A stretch of 64,000 nucleotides of DNA from a virus. A program made the position numbers and the translations under genes. Of this stretch, positions 34,801 to 43,235 are shown piece after piece. Position 1 is the first letter of the stretch; each line of letters starts with the position of its first letter. The notes below the pieces were generated by a model, which saw nothing but the letters and a program-made list of their open reading frames with translations, did not search any database and was not told the origin of the DNA. The stretch is from the IMG/VR virus record IMGVR_UViG_3300023276_001265; one strand, given 5' to 3'.

Positions 34801-36743
34801 TCGCCTGTCACACGTGCCAGCCTCCAATTGAGCTCCCTGACGGCACCATGTCCTGCATTAAGTGCGGGGCTACAGGAGGAGACATTGAACATCAGAAGCG
34901 GTGTCGTCACGTAGATCCTCACCAGCGAACGTCAGAGGACGTAGGCGTCCCTCGAAACCCTCTCGCTAAGTGTTTAGACGGGTCAACGCTGCTTCTGGGC
35001 ATGCAGCCCGGTAATGGCAAGTGTTGGATTCAACCAACGACGATTGAGGACTTGGTGGGCGATATCGAGCCCAACGAACATCGACACGTGCCTGTGACCA
35101 CCGTGACGACATCTGAGGGGCTGGCCACGGCTCACACTGCGCTCAAGCGTCACAACAAGCAGACGAAGATCATCATTACTAGACGCGCTATTGTGATTGC
35201 TACCGTCGATCATAGGTTCCAGGTGCTCGGAGAGCATGGAGCGTTAGACCCTAACACGCCGAGTTATGTGCACGTTCCTGGGCGCAGCCTTGTAGAGGCC
35301 CAAAACCTCGAAAAGGGTATGAAGCTCCCCTTCATCGATATGGGGCATGAACAATCGATGGACCCCATGTGGCACCAGACAGGTCGTCATGGTGCGCTGG
35401 AGATCAATCCGTTCACCAAGGAGGTCCAGGAGGGAGGACCGGCCACCATCGTCCTTGATGAGAAGTGGGCCTACTTTGCAGGAATCTTCGCCGGGGACGG
35501 CTGCGCGTCCGGAAACTCGTGTTCCATCTCTCACGGACATACGCCGGAATACAAGGAGTGGCGGGACACAGTTCGAGAGGCTTGTGATGCCGTAGGGCTT
35601 CCCACCTCAATGCGAGGGGACAAGCGTCAGACAGCGATCGGCTCACGCGTCGTTCGTCGCTACCTCTCTGGTCTGAGGATCTGTGAGGAACTCGGCAAGG
35701 GTGACCAGGGCGCGAAGATCATGCGTGTCCCGCCGTGGGTCCTCAGTGGCGGACCGAAGATGATGTGGTCCTACATCGCTGGCATCTTCGATACCGATGG
35801 AACGGTCGGTAAAAAGAAGGCTGGGACGGCCAGCTTCACTACGAAGTCCCCCGAATTCGCCGGTCAAATGGCCTTCATGCTTCGCTGGCTTGGGATGCCT
35901 GTCCTCTGCCAGCCAGGGTTCAACAAGACCTACGAGCGGTGGTACTACACGGTTCATGTTTTGGGAGAGGGTATTGAGCGGTTCGCTCGACACTGCCCAA
36001 TGCGGCTCAAGGAGAAGGTTGACCGGCTCCACGAGAGGGCCGCAACTATCAAGCGTAAGTGTGCACCTACTAACGATGAGGTGATTGCCGTCATTGATGG
36101 CGGCGAACGGACGGTCTACGACTTCCAGATCGACACGGAGGACCACCTCTACAATCAGGGCGGCTTGGTCGGTCACAATAATGCTAATTTCGGACTTTTG
36201 TACAGAATGGGTGCGCCAAAGTTCTGCGTGTATGCAGGGTTGTTTGATGAGGACGGCAAGCCCCGTGTCGGCTACGGACAAGAGTTGATCGAGAAGTGGC
36301 ACGCGGCTTACCCTGGCATCGCTGCTTGGCACGAGCGGGTTCTTCATCAGCTGTGCGTCGACAACTACATCGCCTACACCATTACGAGACGCAGACGTCG
36401 CCTCGACATTGAGTGGAAGAAGAACGATTACCGGGCAGGAACCCAGGCCATTCAGTTCAAGGTTTCAGGCAGCTGCCAGGACCTCATCAAGCTGGCCATG
36501 ATCAAGCTCTTCGAGGTGCGGAATCAAAAGGTCGCGAACACGCCTCCAGCTGAGTCGCGGCTCTGGAAGAAGTTCCGCTTCATGATCCAGGTCCACGACG
36601 AGTTGATCTTCGAAGGTCCGAAGGCGATGAAAGAGGAGCTCTGCCTCCTGGTCAAGGAGTGCATGGAGGGCGCAGCCAAGGGCATGCGTATTCCCTTCGT
36701 CGCTGATGCGCGGGCCGGGAGGACCTGGGATGAGCTACACTAG
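31821..36743 (+). CDS. polA: family A DNA polymerase with 3'-5' exonuclease and two inteins
   Basis: DLETTG, HNGIFD, YACDD; GTVIGRLS|S, motif A DADYGQMELR, motif B AK|NANFGLLY, motif C QVHDE; AGGAGG RBS before GTG at 31821. Confidence 0.95.
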   Translation: MAKKKKKLKPKYKDELWDPTDLCEISPEELIEAVKAEGAYSYDLETTGLSPRKDRIDGIAFYVPNEKNPERKPIRAWFPFADGTMDHTVEGGKVVALRATLDQFDTMTRLRPIWGLKDVIAIRHNGIFDDAFIYLSSGLDENIIVENIIADSMLADYVADERRKRYGLKLRVEQVFGHKMTSYKEAAAGQASFAFAMKKPLGVYACDDTAWTYRLWRWAMESIRKQDPPREHKDQWCSPLDDTPGIYSDLEKVFWKIEMRIQRILMEMEITGCFIDWEWLVVVQERLQKQKKTIEEEIKEEYGWMPKIRSPKQTSDFLYNPVDKGGIGLPTQGVDYNAVTDQYATGDKAIKHRAREFPVVAKILKYRSLGVVESSFCQKLIGLAQAETRIYARFRQTGTVIGRLSCLSGMSMLSIRLNGANLRRLVKLSELGQFIGSDVRIITHKGRERRVLNLFNKGPGLMFEVVADDGSKIRCTRDHKFFTNSGWRALKDIKRGDRLLRAEVCEAQEADKRQAVGAGSTVVLQGVRGRQEAGLQEVENLWSDGWDCTHVQGDLRLGDRCVPRPFEATSGLRRDTSTCTDMGATRQVQRLHTLQGVVQGDLRRQRPDAGEGEEDLRDISPGHDPGREDLQGVPRPTGDEARTTPERGQTEGGGVLSKVGFGGGDVRGEIPSRDRGQVRRGGVDYFDGHVPPRSIREPSRNHVVGEPIDGQRVLGTGRTEPTNRRASNGPEDGFHRAGGGLSEADATSPLGQAERIDHGGVDREGDDREGSSNVRFKSGGDEAVPCADGGWNPASATIPFLQELAGRLRLDRSETTGRGRWRVAPEVCCYQGSGSEEDKEGEGAWLPSSEVHHQAGRQEPSYGDSGDRVRTWTRVTSITPVSVEDVWDLTVEGDHSYLAHGFVNKNSADPVNLMNQPREKDLIRKAFCAHLEDDYDDDRNELTLIDADYGQMELRMAAHLAREKNMIEVFSAVDGCEAGPDGGPCERYTFHECFACHTCQPPIELPDGTMSCIKCGATGGDIEHQKRCRHVDPHQRTSEDVGVPRNPLAKCLDGSTLLLGMQPGNGKCWIQPTTIEDLVGDIEPNEHRHVPVTTVTTSEGLATAHTALKRHNKQTKIIITRRAIVIATVDHRFQVLGEHGALDPNTPSYVHVPGRSLVEAQNLEKGMKLPFIDMGHEQSMDPMWHQTGRHGALEINPFTKEVQEGGPATIVLDEKWAYFAGIFAGDGCASGNSCSISHGHTPEYKEWRDTVREACDAVGLPTSMRGDKRQTAIGSRVVRRYLSGLRICEELGKGDQGAKIMRVPPWVLSGGPKMMWSYIAGIFDTDGTVGKKKAGTASFTTKSPEFAGQMAFMLRWLGMPVLCQPGFNKTYERWYYTVHVLGEGIERFARHCPMRLKEKVDRLHERAATIKRKCAPTNDEVIAVIDGGERTVYDFQIDTEDHLYNQGGLVGHNNANFGLLYRMGAPKFCVYAGLFDEDGKPRVGYGQELIEKWHAAYPGIAAWHERVLHQLCVDNYIAYTITRRRRRLDIEWKKNDYRAGTQAIQFKVSGSCQDLIKLAMIKLFEVRNQKVANTPPAESRLWKKFRFMIQVHDELIFEGPKAMKEELCLLVKECMEGAAKGMRIPFVADARAGRTWDELH
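33036..34538 (+). mobile_element. intein 1 in polymerase (501 aa)
   Basis: Begins CLSG after GRLS; block B CTRDHKF; ends VWDLTVEGDHSYLAHGFVNKN|S (Lys at the penultimate position). Confidence 0.9.
33334..34494 (+). CDS. DUF559/Vsr-like endonuclease nested in the +1 frame of intein 1
   Basis: SNRAEMRL...ADFAWIDQKLLVEVDGAWH...DQKK..KAKELGYRVVRF, HTH-like segments upstream; frame open from 33208, start uncertain. Confidence 0.8.
   Translation: MRLRKPIRGRRWVLDRPSFFKVFVDDKRPVYKKSKIYGLTDGIALTCKAIYGWEIDVFRGRSRRRPDLDEILPLAPTWVRRDKCKGFILSRESFKEIFVDSDLTQEKAKKTYGISHQAMIRAVKTYKEFHDPLAMKHGRLLSAAKRKEEAFFPKSALVEEMSEGRSPQEIAAKFGVGESIILMDMYHHGVSANPHGTMSWVSRLTDSEYLALVALNPRIGELPTDPKMAFTELVEAYQRLMQLAHSVKQSGSIMGALIERGTIEKDHLTFASNRAEMRLSRALTAVGIQHRRLFHFYKNWQADFAWIDQKLLVEVDGAWHQKCAATKDRDQKKTKKAKELGYRVVRFTTKQVDKNLPTVIREIAFELGHELPASLQSASKMSGTSP
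34971..36179 (+). mobile_element. intein 2 in polymerase with LAGLIDADG endonuclease (403 aa)
   Basis: CLDG..., ATVDHRF, FAGIFAGDG and IAGIFDTDG, VYDFQI...GLVGHN. Confidence 0.9.
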
Positions 36744-36842
36744 ATAAGGACTTACGTTAAAAGGACATACGGAGATCCTCAAATCAGGACCTTGATGTTG
36801 CAAACTACGACTGGTATCGTCTTCATTGATAGGAGACGACTG

Positions 36843-37541
36843 ATGGGTAGGAAACCAGGAACGTGGGTTACAGCAAAGGGCTACAGCATCCTCAACGCAG
36901 ATCGTGAGGAGATCATTCGACGGGTGCTGACGAGAGAGACGCTGGAATCAATCGCGTCGGACTACGACACGTCCTACACCAACCTCTACCGATGGCTCGG
37001 CAAGGAGACTGACGTATTTGAGCGCGAGCTCACGTGCGTATTAGTCGAGTGCGACAACACGTTTCCATTCAAGGGGCGTCAACTCGCTTGTTGCAGAAAG
37101 CACATCAAACGATACTGCGCCAGGGGAGGTCCTGGTGAGTTTCGTCCGTGCTCTTTCCCTGAGTGCGATGAACCTGTGCTAGTCCCGACGCCAAACCCAG
37201 ATCGTCTCTGGTGGTGTGGAAAGCGGCACAGTGATATTCACCACCAGCGTGCAGCTAATGGCTTCTACGAGCGTCTACTGGGCGCTACACAACAGTGTGT
37301 TGGGAGACTGATCTCCGGAAAGCGCTGCTCCGAGCACATGTGTATCGATGTGCACCACACGGTCTTCACCAAGAAGGGCAGCGACAAGTCGAGCCCCGAG
37401 ATCTTTCTCTGTCCGACGCACCACCAGGCCATTCACCGGGGAATGGCGGTATACAAGGATGGAGAATATCGGTGGATCGTCGGAGAGATCCTCGAAGGAT
37501 TGCGGTCTAAGCACCCGGTGTTGGTAGAGGAGCTTCACTAA
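36843..37541 (+). CDS. HNH endonuclease with HTH and Zn-finger repeats
   Basis: LESIASDYDTSYTNLYRW; IDVHH...LCPTHHQAIH; AGGAG RBS before 36843. Confidence 0.75.
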   Translation: MGRKPGTWVTAKGYSILNADREEIIRRVLTRETLESIASDYDTSYTNLYRWLGKETDVFERELTCVLVECDNTFPFKGRQLACCRKHIKRYCARGGPGEFRPCSFPECDEPVLVPTPNPDRLWWCGKRHSDIHHQRAANGFYERLLGATQQCVGRLISGKRCSEHMCIDVHHTVFTKKGSDKSSPEIFLCPTHHQAIHRGMAVYKDGEYRWIVGEILEGLRSKHPVLVEELH

Positions 37542-37745
37542 ATGACGCCAGAAGAATCAAATCGCCTACACCTTGACTGGTGGGGGCAGTGTCGAACCTG
37601 CAAGCATTGGCAGGCGCCCGAAGAGAGGCCAAATCTCGGAAGTTGGGCCTGCGGGAACGAGAAGTCTCCGCTCCACCAAAATCTGACGCAGTCGGGTGGT
37701 CAGTGCGAGGAGTGGGAATCGTTTGACGGGGAGGACCTGGGATGA
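37542..37745 (+). CDS. small Cys-rich protein
   Basis: CRTCKHW...C...CEEW. Confidence 0.6.
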   Translation: MTPEESNRLHLDWWGQCRTCKHWQAPEERPNLGSWACGNEKSPLHQNLTQSGGQCEEWESFDGEDLG

Positions 37746-37789
37746 GCTACACTAAGTGCTTATAGCGCAGAGACATACAGGAGTTTGAG

Positions 37790-38011
37790 ATGAAACAAGA
37801 GTTCTACAGGCAATGCAAGTTCAAGTCGGGCGACTCGGAGACCGTAGCCTGGGTCGACGAAAAGGGAGTTGAGGTCGGCGGCAAGGTGGCCTTCAAGGCC
37901 CAACCTGATAAGTGGTGGGAGGTCTTGTCGATGGGAGAGCACCGGATCACCAAGCAGCAGGCCAAGAACCTGGAACGAAGGAACGTGCAGTTCCAAGTGT
38001 CCATCAAGTAG
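37790..38011 (+). CDS. hypothetical protein
   Basis: AGGAG RBS; 73 aa. Confidence 0.65.
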   Translation: MKQEFYRQCKFKSGDSETVAWVDEKGVEVGGKVAFKAQPDKWWEVLSMGEHRITKQQAKNLERRNVQFQVSIK

Positions 38012-38015
38012 TCCG

Positions 38016-38192
38016 ATGCGTCTTAAGTTCAAGGAAGTCCGAGTTATTGTCGATGGGTGCGATCACTACAAGCACGGCATCGAGCCCATTCCGGGGAAGA
38101 TTGAGTTGGACGGGATCTATCGCTGTAAGCGATGCAAAGCCGTCTGTCTGAACTACTGGGCACTACACGACGACATCATGAAACGAGGATAG
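38016..38192 (+). CDS. small putative Zn-binding protein
   Basis: MRLKFK...CDH...CKRC. Confidence 0.5.
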   Translation: MRLKFKEVRVIVDGCDHYKHGIEPIPGKIELDGIYRCKRCKAVCLNYWALHDDIMKRG

Positions 38193-38193
38193 C

Positions 38194-38400
38194 GTGACGA
38201 TCGATGAGGGGCTGGACGATCCGCATATTATGCGTTTAGTCTATGCCGCCCACGCTGCGTGGTGCAAAGAGCTCAGGCAGCAGGGTAGAAAGGTGTCCTC
38301 TCATTACGAGAGTATTCCTGCCCATCCAAGAGAGTGCTTGCGACTAAACGTCGCATCCGTTCTCGCGGTCCTAAACTTGGAGACGAGCCCTGATGCGTAA
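38194..38400 (+). CDS. hypothetical protein
   Basis: Packed small-ORF run; GAGG RBS. Confidence 0.5.
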   Translation: MTIDEGLDDPHIMRLVYAAHAAWCKELRQQGRKVSSHYESIPAHPRECLRLNVASVLAVLNLETSPDA

Positions 38401-38578
38401 AAAACCACTCTTTGTCCTCCTGTCGTGTCAGCTGTTGATACTAGTCACGGTCCTGGCGGCAAACTCCTCGGCCAAACGGATCGAACCTGTCTACACTCCA
38501 TCCAAAGAGCACTGCCCTTTGGATCCGTTTGATACCGATGAAGACTGGGAGAATGATGGCCAACCTGAACATCGCTGA
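38393..38578 (+). CDS. small protein with N-terminal hydrophobic segment
   Basis: MRKKPLFVLLSCQLLILVTVLAA. Confidence 0.5.
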   Translation: MRKKPLFVLLSCQLLILVTVLAANSSAKRIEPVYTPSKEHCPLDPFDTDEDWENDGQPEHR

Positions 38579-38762
38579 TATGCGGACCAAGAACGTCCAG
38601 AACAGGTTCCGCGCTCTCAAGCGCAAGCGGACCAACTGCACAAGCTGTGGTCGGAGGACCATGGTCTCTGTGCGGCTGAAGATATGTCAGACCTGCTTCC
38701 ACGGTGAGGTCTTGAGCGCCAAAGAGGACATACACGCTTTGTGGGGATATGACCTCGATTAA
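38553..38762 (+). CDS. small Zn-ribbon protein
   Basis: CTSC...CQTC. Confidence 0.55.
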   Translation: MMANLNIADMRTKNVQNRFRALKRKRTNCTSCGRRTMVSVRLKICQTCFHGEVLSAKEDIHALWGYDLD

Positions 38763-38855
38763 CCCCATTGCAAAAGCTGACACCTTCGTTCTCTGGATGA
38801 AGACACTAGACCAGGAAACCAGGACTCGCGTGCTGAACACGATCAACAGCACTTT

Positions 38856-39083
38856 TTGCGCCTACTGTGCGAGAGTCAGGGACAACTGTTGCTGTGGGAG
38901 GGCATAGCCATGGTCGAAAAGGCCATCGCCGACTACATCAAAGCGCGACACGGTATTGATGTCAGCATTCACCGCTCATCAGGTAACGGAGTCATTGAGT
39001 TTGTGGCTCAGGCTTTCAAGGCTGGGATCGAGTGGCAACGGGGCCAAAACCAGGTAAAAGAGAGTATAGAGGAACCTAAATGA
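38856..39083 (+). CDS. hypothetical protein
   Basis: Abuts the HU gene; start uncertain. Confidence 0.45.
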   Translation: MRLLCESQGQLLLWEGIAMVEKAIADYIKARHGIDVSIHRSSGNGVIEFVAQAFKAGIEWQRGQNQVKESIEEPK

Positions 39084-39388
39084 AGACTATGACGAAGCGT
39101 GATCTGATTGACCGTATCTGCGAGAGGCGCCCTGAGCTTCGCAAGACAGATGTGACCAACACTATCACCACATTCTTGGACACCATCGGGACTAGCCTCA
39201 CGCAGGACATGCGTGTTGAGCTACGAGATTTCGGCGTGTTCACCCCTAAGGATCGCAAGGCTCGTGTGGCCCGCAATCCCAAGACTGGAGCCCCAGTCGA
39301 GGTCAAGGCCACCAAGGTCTGCGGCTTCAAGGTGGGCAAGGCCCTCAAGACCCGCCTGGCAGAGTCCTACAAGCCATCAGCCGAGTGA
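39080..39388 (+). CDS. HU/IHF family DNA-binding protein
   Basis: MTKRDLI...VELRDFGVF...ARVARNPKTG...FKVGKALK. Confidence 0.95.
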   Translation: MKTMTKRDLIDRICERRPELRKTDVTNTITTFLDTIGTSLTQDMRVELRDFGVFTPKDRKARVARNPKTGAPVEVKATKVCGFKVGKALKTRLAESYKPSAE

Positions 39389-39624
39389 GTCACACCTTCG
39401 CCTGTGGGCATGAGATGAAGTCCGGTGACTTTGGAATGACCGGACACTTCGGCTGCGTCATCGACACGAGACGGGAGTGCCCTGACTGCCTCGGCTGGGA
39501 ACGCGGTGACCGCGTAGCCATGCTGAAGGAGCGGATCAAACGCCTGGAGGATCACAAGTCTGGTGGCGAAGAGGACGAGACTGAGGCAGTAGAGGACTGG
39601 GAAGAGGAGCAGGAGGAGGACTAG
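39385..39624 (+). CDS. hypothetical protein
   Basis: CGH...CPDC; acidic tail. Confidence 0.55.
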   Translation: MSHTFACGHEMKSGDFGMTGHFGCVIDTRRECPDCLGWERGDRVAMLKERIKRLEDHKSGGEEDETEAVEDWEEEQEED

Positions 39625-40163
39625 ACTGCGACTCCGCCGATGTCTCCATCTCCATCCAGGTCCTTGCCGAGCAGTTTCTCCATCATGTCCAGGCGGGCCG
39701 CGCCCTTTGCGATCTCAGTGTCTCGCTTACCATCGCTCTTAGCTGAGAACACCTGCTTGGTCAGGTAGCCACCGATCGTGGTGATGAGCAGGCCGATCGT
39801 CGCCTTCAGCCACGTCCAGAAGTCCTGAACGTCCCCCTTGAGGCCAGCCTCTTCGTCTCGGGTGACCAAGTCCTCGGTGGCTTTCTCCCACTCCTTCCGC
39901 TGCTTCTCCGCCCAAGCGTTGGCTAGGTCACCGGCCGCGAGCTTCGCAGTCTCCCGGACCTCGGCCATGTCGACCTTGCCATCGTTGTTGAGGTCGGCGA
40001 CCTTTACGAGCTTCTCGCGAGACAGTCCTCGGCGCTCCAGCTTCAGGTCAACCGCCTCGGCGATGTGGTCTACGACCGCTTCGGTGACGAACTCTCCAGT
40101 GCTTTCCTTGAAAGCACCGCAGCCGGTTGTAAGAAGCACGATTGTCAGAAGGATATGTCGCAT
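39621..40163 (-). CDS. putative lipoprotein with EF-hand-like loops
   Basis: Lipobox LTTGC; DLNNDGKVD and DLDGDGDI; second hydrophobic helix. Confidence 0.65.
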   Translation of the reverse strand: MRHILLTIVLLTTGCGAFKESTGEFVTEAVVDHIAEAVDLKLERRGLSREKLVKVADLNNDGKVDMAEVRETAKLAAGDLANAWAEKQRKEWEKATEDLVTRDEEAGLKGDVQDFWTWLKATIGLLITTIGGYLTKQVFSAKSDGKRDTEIAKGAARLDMMEKLLGKDLDGDGDIGGVAV

Positions 40164-40217
40164 GATGGCACTACCGCATCACTAGGTTAACTAGTTAAGA
40201 TACCTACAAGGACATCA

Positions 40218-40565
40218 ATGACTGGTTACTGTGTCGTCGAACATTGCGAGCGTTTGGGTTATGCACGCGGGTATTGTAAACGCCACTACATGCAGATTTT
40301 GAGGCACGGACACCTGACGCTGGAATCAGAGCGGGGTGGACCTAAGGAATGCGATGCCACTGGCTGCACTTCAGGGCAGGCCAGCGGAGGTCACTGCAGA
40401 AAGCACGCCCGACAGATCAAACTCTACGGGGAACTGCGGCCAGATCGTGAATACATGACCGGTAAGAAGCTGTGCGCAGAGCTAGATTGCGATACGAAGG
40501 TTAGAGCTCGTGGTCTGTGCGCGAAGCACTACACGAAGCACCGTAGGGCCGGGACTCTCCCTTAG
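40218..40565 (+). CDS. protein with three CxxxxC...GxCxxH repeats
   Basis: Repeat type often found N-terminal to phage HNH nucleases. Confidence 0.6.
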   Translation: MTGYCVVEHCERLGYARGYCKRHYMQILRHGHLTLESERGGPKECDATGCTSGQASGGHCRKHARQIKLYGELRPDREYMTGKKLCAELDCDTKVRARGLCAKHYTKHRRAGTLP

Positions 40566-41419
40566 AGGAAGAGATAGCAGGCGATGCCGATCGCCGACCC
40601 GATGACTGACGAGGCGACCATCATGAGGCCCACTCGGAGCTTCTTGGGCTCGACTACTGGCCGTTCTGCCCAGTGCAGGGCAAGGTCTGCCAGAGGAATG
40701 CTGATGTGCTTACCTTTGTCGGTCCGCACGATCCCACAGAACACATCGTGCTCCGAGCCATCATCCAGCTTGATCTTCTTCCTGGCGTAGTCCACGAGGG
40801 TGTATGGGCCCTCGTTGGTGGCCAGTGAGTAGACTAGGTCGCTAATGGCCGGGGGCTGGCGGTCGGAGAGCTTCACGTCCTCCATTTGTTCTGGGTTCTC
40901 AGCGTGGTCCGCATCGATTTCATCATCTGTAAGGCCGAACACGGCCTTTTTGATGTATCTGTCGGAGACGAATGGCCGGATCTTTTCTGCGAAGTCCTGT
41001 CTCATCTTCTCGGCAATATCGCCCTCGATGGCGGTGTGGCCTCCGGTCGTCACCGTCACAGCGCCGGTCGAAGCATCGTAGAGCACGTTGTTGGTTCCGG
41101 CGGCGAGCGCCTGGATGGCTGGAAAGGTGGACTGGCCGACCTTGAAGGCAGCCTTGATGTCACGGCCGAATCCACTGAACACTGCGGTGCAGCCACAGCG
41201 GCACCCGTATTTGTATCGTTCGTCGTCATCTAGCGAATCAAGGCAGTTCTTTGTCGAACCGTCTGCAGCCTTGTAGTTCACTTGACCGTTTGCGAATGTC
41301 TCCGTTCCCATATCCTTGTATACCCGAAACGACGGAGTTCCGCTTGAGGTCGTAGAAGTTACGGGAGAGATAAGGTGCCCTGAAGCGCCATTCTCTGTAG
41401 AATGATCCTGATGCTCCAT
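40562..41419 (-). CDS. hypothetical protein with C-terminal membrane anchor
   Basis: 285 aa; hydrophobic C-terminus. Confidence 0.65.
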   Translation of the reverse strand: MEHQDHSTENGASGHLISPVTSTTSSGTPSFRVYKDMGTETFANGQVNYKAADGSTKNCLDSLDDDERYKYGCRCGCTAVFSGFGRDIKAAFKVGQSTFPAIQALAAGTNNVLYDASTGAVTVTTGGHTAIEGDIAEKMRQDFAEKIRPFVSDRYIKKAVFGLTDDEIDADHAENPEQMEDVKLSDRQPPAISDLVYSLATNEGPYTLVDYARKKIKLDDGSEHDVFCGIVRTDKGKHISIPLADLALHWAERPVVEPKKLRVGLMMVASSVIGSAIGIACYLFL

Positions 41420-41442
41420 CTGACACCCCTCTGGAGGACATA

Positions 41443-41643
41443 ATGAATCGCGTCGTGAGTGTAGACAAGTCTCTTTCTTCTGGAGGCAAGGTTACTTGGT
41501 TCGTAACGCTTGAAGGCGGCGGCGGTTCCAGGACCAGAATCGAGGTTGGCGAGGCTGAAGCTCAGCGGTTTGAGCAGGCACTAAACGCCCAAACCTCTGA
41601 TGGCGGAAGTCGTCTGCTGACCGAAACCATGCCTCTCTCTTAA
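41443..41643 (+). CDS. hypothetical protein
   Basis: GGAGG RBS. Confidence 0.6.
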   Translation: MNRVVSVDKSLSSGGKVTWFVTLEGGGGSRTRIEVGEAEAQRFEQALNAQTSDGGSRLLTETMPLS

Positions 41644-41652
41644 GGGGTTAAT

Positions 41653-41934
41653 GTGACTAGGAAGAACCCTGAAGAAGACTTGGACCTTAATACGACTAAC
41701 GAGGAGTCCGGTTCAGGACCCTCGTGGGGCGTCGAGGTAGAGCCAACGGGACCTGGGAACAGTGTGTTCTACTCGGCCCGCAGAGTTGTCCTAGGAGATG
41801 ATTACGTCGAAATTCAGCTCCTAGATGGCAAATACATGACGTTGGCTACCGGGCAGGTGCGCAAGGTCTTATCGATGCGTGCGAATGGGGCATCGGGCTA
41901 TACTGGCAAGACTCCTTCGGACGAGATTTATTAG
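41653..41934 (+). CDS. hypothetical protein
   Basis: 93 aa, within a + strand operon. Confidence 0.55.
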   Translation: MTRKNPEEDLDLNTTNEESGSGPSWGVEVEPTGPGNSVFYSARRVVLGDDYVEIQLLDGKYMTLATGQVRKVLSMRANGASGYTGKTPSDEIY

Positions 41935-43227
41935 GTGGACCGTCTTATCTCCGGTTTTCGACTGCTCCCCTCAGGGACAAGAACAGCAAATGGGCCCCTA
42001 AAGCCTAGCGCTGATGATGATGTATGCCCTGAGGCTGTTGCTGAGTTTTTTGATTCAGTTTATATAGCAACCGAGAAGCTGAGATCGTTCGGGCTCTCTG
42101 ATAAGGACTTTGGCGGTCCAATCAAACTTGTCGCCAGAAAAGGCGATGAGAAGGCGAATGGTCGCTACACGCCGGGCACCGACTCAACAGTCATCTTCCA
42201 CCCACCGGTCAGAAGCGCCCCAGATGTGCTGTGGGTAATTATCCACGAGACGTTGCACCGCATCTGGGCGAAGCAGCTCACCAAAGAGTCACATAAAATT
42301 TGGGGCTTAATCTGCAATTCGATTGGTAAGCCGATCGATGGAGATATGGCCGATGCTCTGACCAGGACCGTCAAATCCAATCCTGAGCGTTCTAGTCTCT
42401 GGTTCTTCTTTCAGAAGCACTTTGGGGATGACTTAGGGGTGTTTCGCAACTGGCTCACGACCAAAAAGATGAGCGATTCGTTCCCTAGTGACTACTCCAA
42501 CGCAAACCCGTCTGAGGCGTTCGCTGAAGTAGGAGCGGACATAATCCTTGGGCGAGGTCGAGCTGGCCGAGAGATTCGCCGGTCTGGGTCTATGGTCAAG
42601 AAAGTGTTCTTGTCCCTGGTTCAGAACCTTCGCCATGAAGAGATGTCCGAGGACATAGCACTGGTTCGACACGTTCCCGGCCCCGGAGAAGCTCGATCAG
42701 ATCCGAATTTTCTCCAGCTGCAGGTGGACTTCTACTACTTGCGTTGGAAATTAGGCGATTGGGTCCGCAAGCGCCTGTCTAGTAGTGATGTAATCAAGTT
42801 AGAGGAGCGACCTCACGCGACACTTTATTACGGGGCCGATAGGCGAGACCTAGCTCAGATCCAAAAGATCATCGGAGGGCATGGTCGGTCATTAAGGATG
42901 ATGCTTGGGTCGCTCAACGTATTCGAGCACGAGGATAAGGACATCCTCTATTTTGAGCTGATCGGCGATCCTCTGCCAACTCTACACGCGCAGATCAAAA
43001 AACTCCCAAATACTAGACCGCCGACGCACCCAGATTACGTGCCGCATTTGACTGTGGCCTATATGAAAAAGGGTTCAGCTAGGAAATTCATCGGATCAAA
43101 TCCTTTGCGGATGATCATTAGTGCACGTCGAGTAACGGTAATAGATTCGGTTGGAATCGAATCAATGATCCGCACCACCCAAGCTGAAGAACTTGTCCGG
43201 GAGCCACTACTGCTTGCTGGACGGTAG
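41935..43227 (+). CDS. zincin-like metallopeptidase fused to a 2H phosphoesterase (gp57B/Acb1-like)
   Basis: IIHETLH...YSNANPSEAFAE; PHATLYYG and YVPHLTVAY. Confidence 0.75.
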   Translation: MDRLISGFRLLPSGTRTANGPLKPSADDDVCPEAVAEFFDSVYIATEKLRSFGLSDKDFGGPIKLVARKGDEKANGRYTPGTDSTVIFHPPVRSAPDVLWVIIHETLHRIWAKQLTKESHKIWGLICNSIGKPIDGDMADALTRTVKSNPERSSLWFFFQKHFGDDLGVFRNWLTTKKMSDSFPSDYSNANPSEAFAEVGADIILGRGRAGREIRRSGSMVKKVFLSLVQNLRHEEMSEDIALVRHVPGPGEARSDPNFLQLQVDFYYLRWKLGDWVRKRLSSSDVIKLEERPHATLYYGADRRDLAQIQKIIGGHGRSLRMMLGSLNVFEHEDKDILYFELIGDPLPTLHAQIKKLPNTRPPTHPDYVPHLTVAYMKKGSARKFIGSNPLRMIISARRVTVIDSVGIESMIRTTQAEELVREPLLLAGR

Positions 43228-43235
43228 GTAGGAAC

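Larger units (their letters stand above)
36717..37754 (+). repeat. 26-bp exact direct repeat flanking an HNH cassette
   Basis: GGGAGGACCTGGGATGAGCTACACTA at 36717-36742 (polA 3' end) and 37729-37754. Confidence 0.9.
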
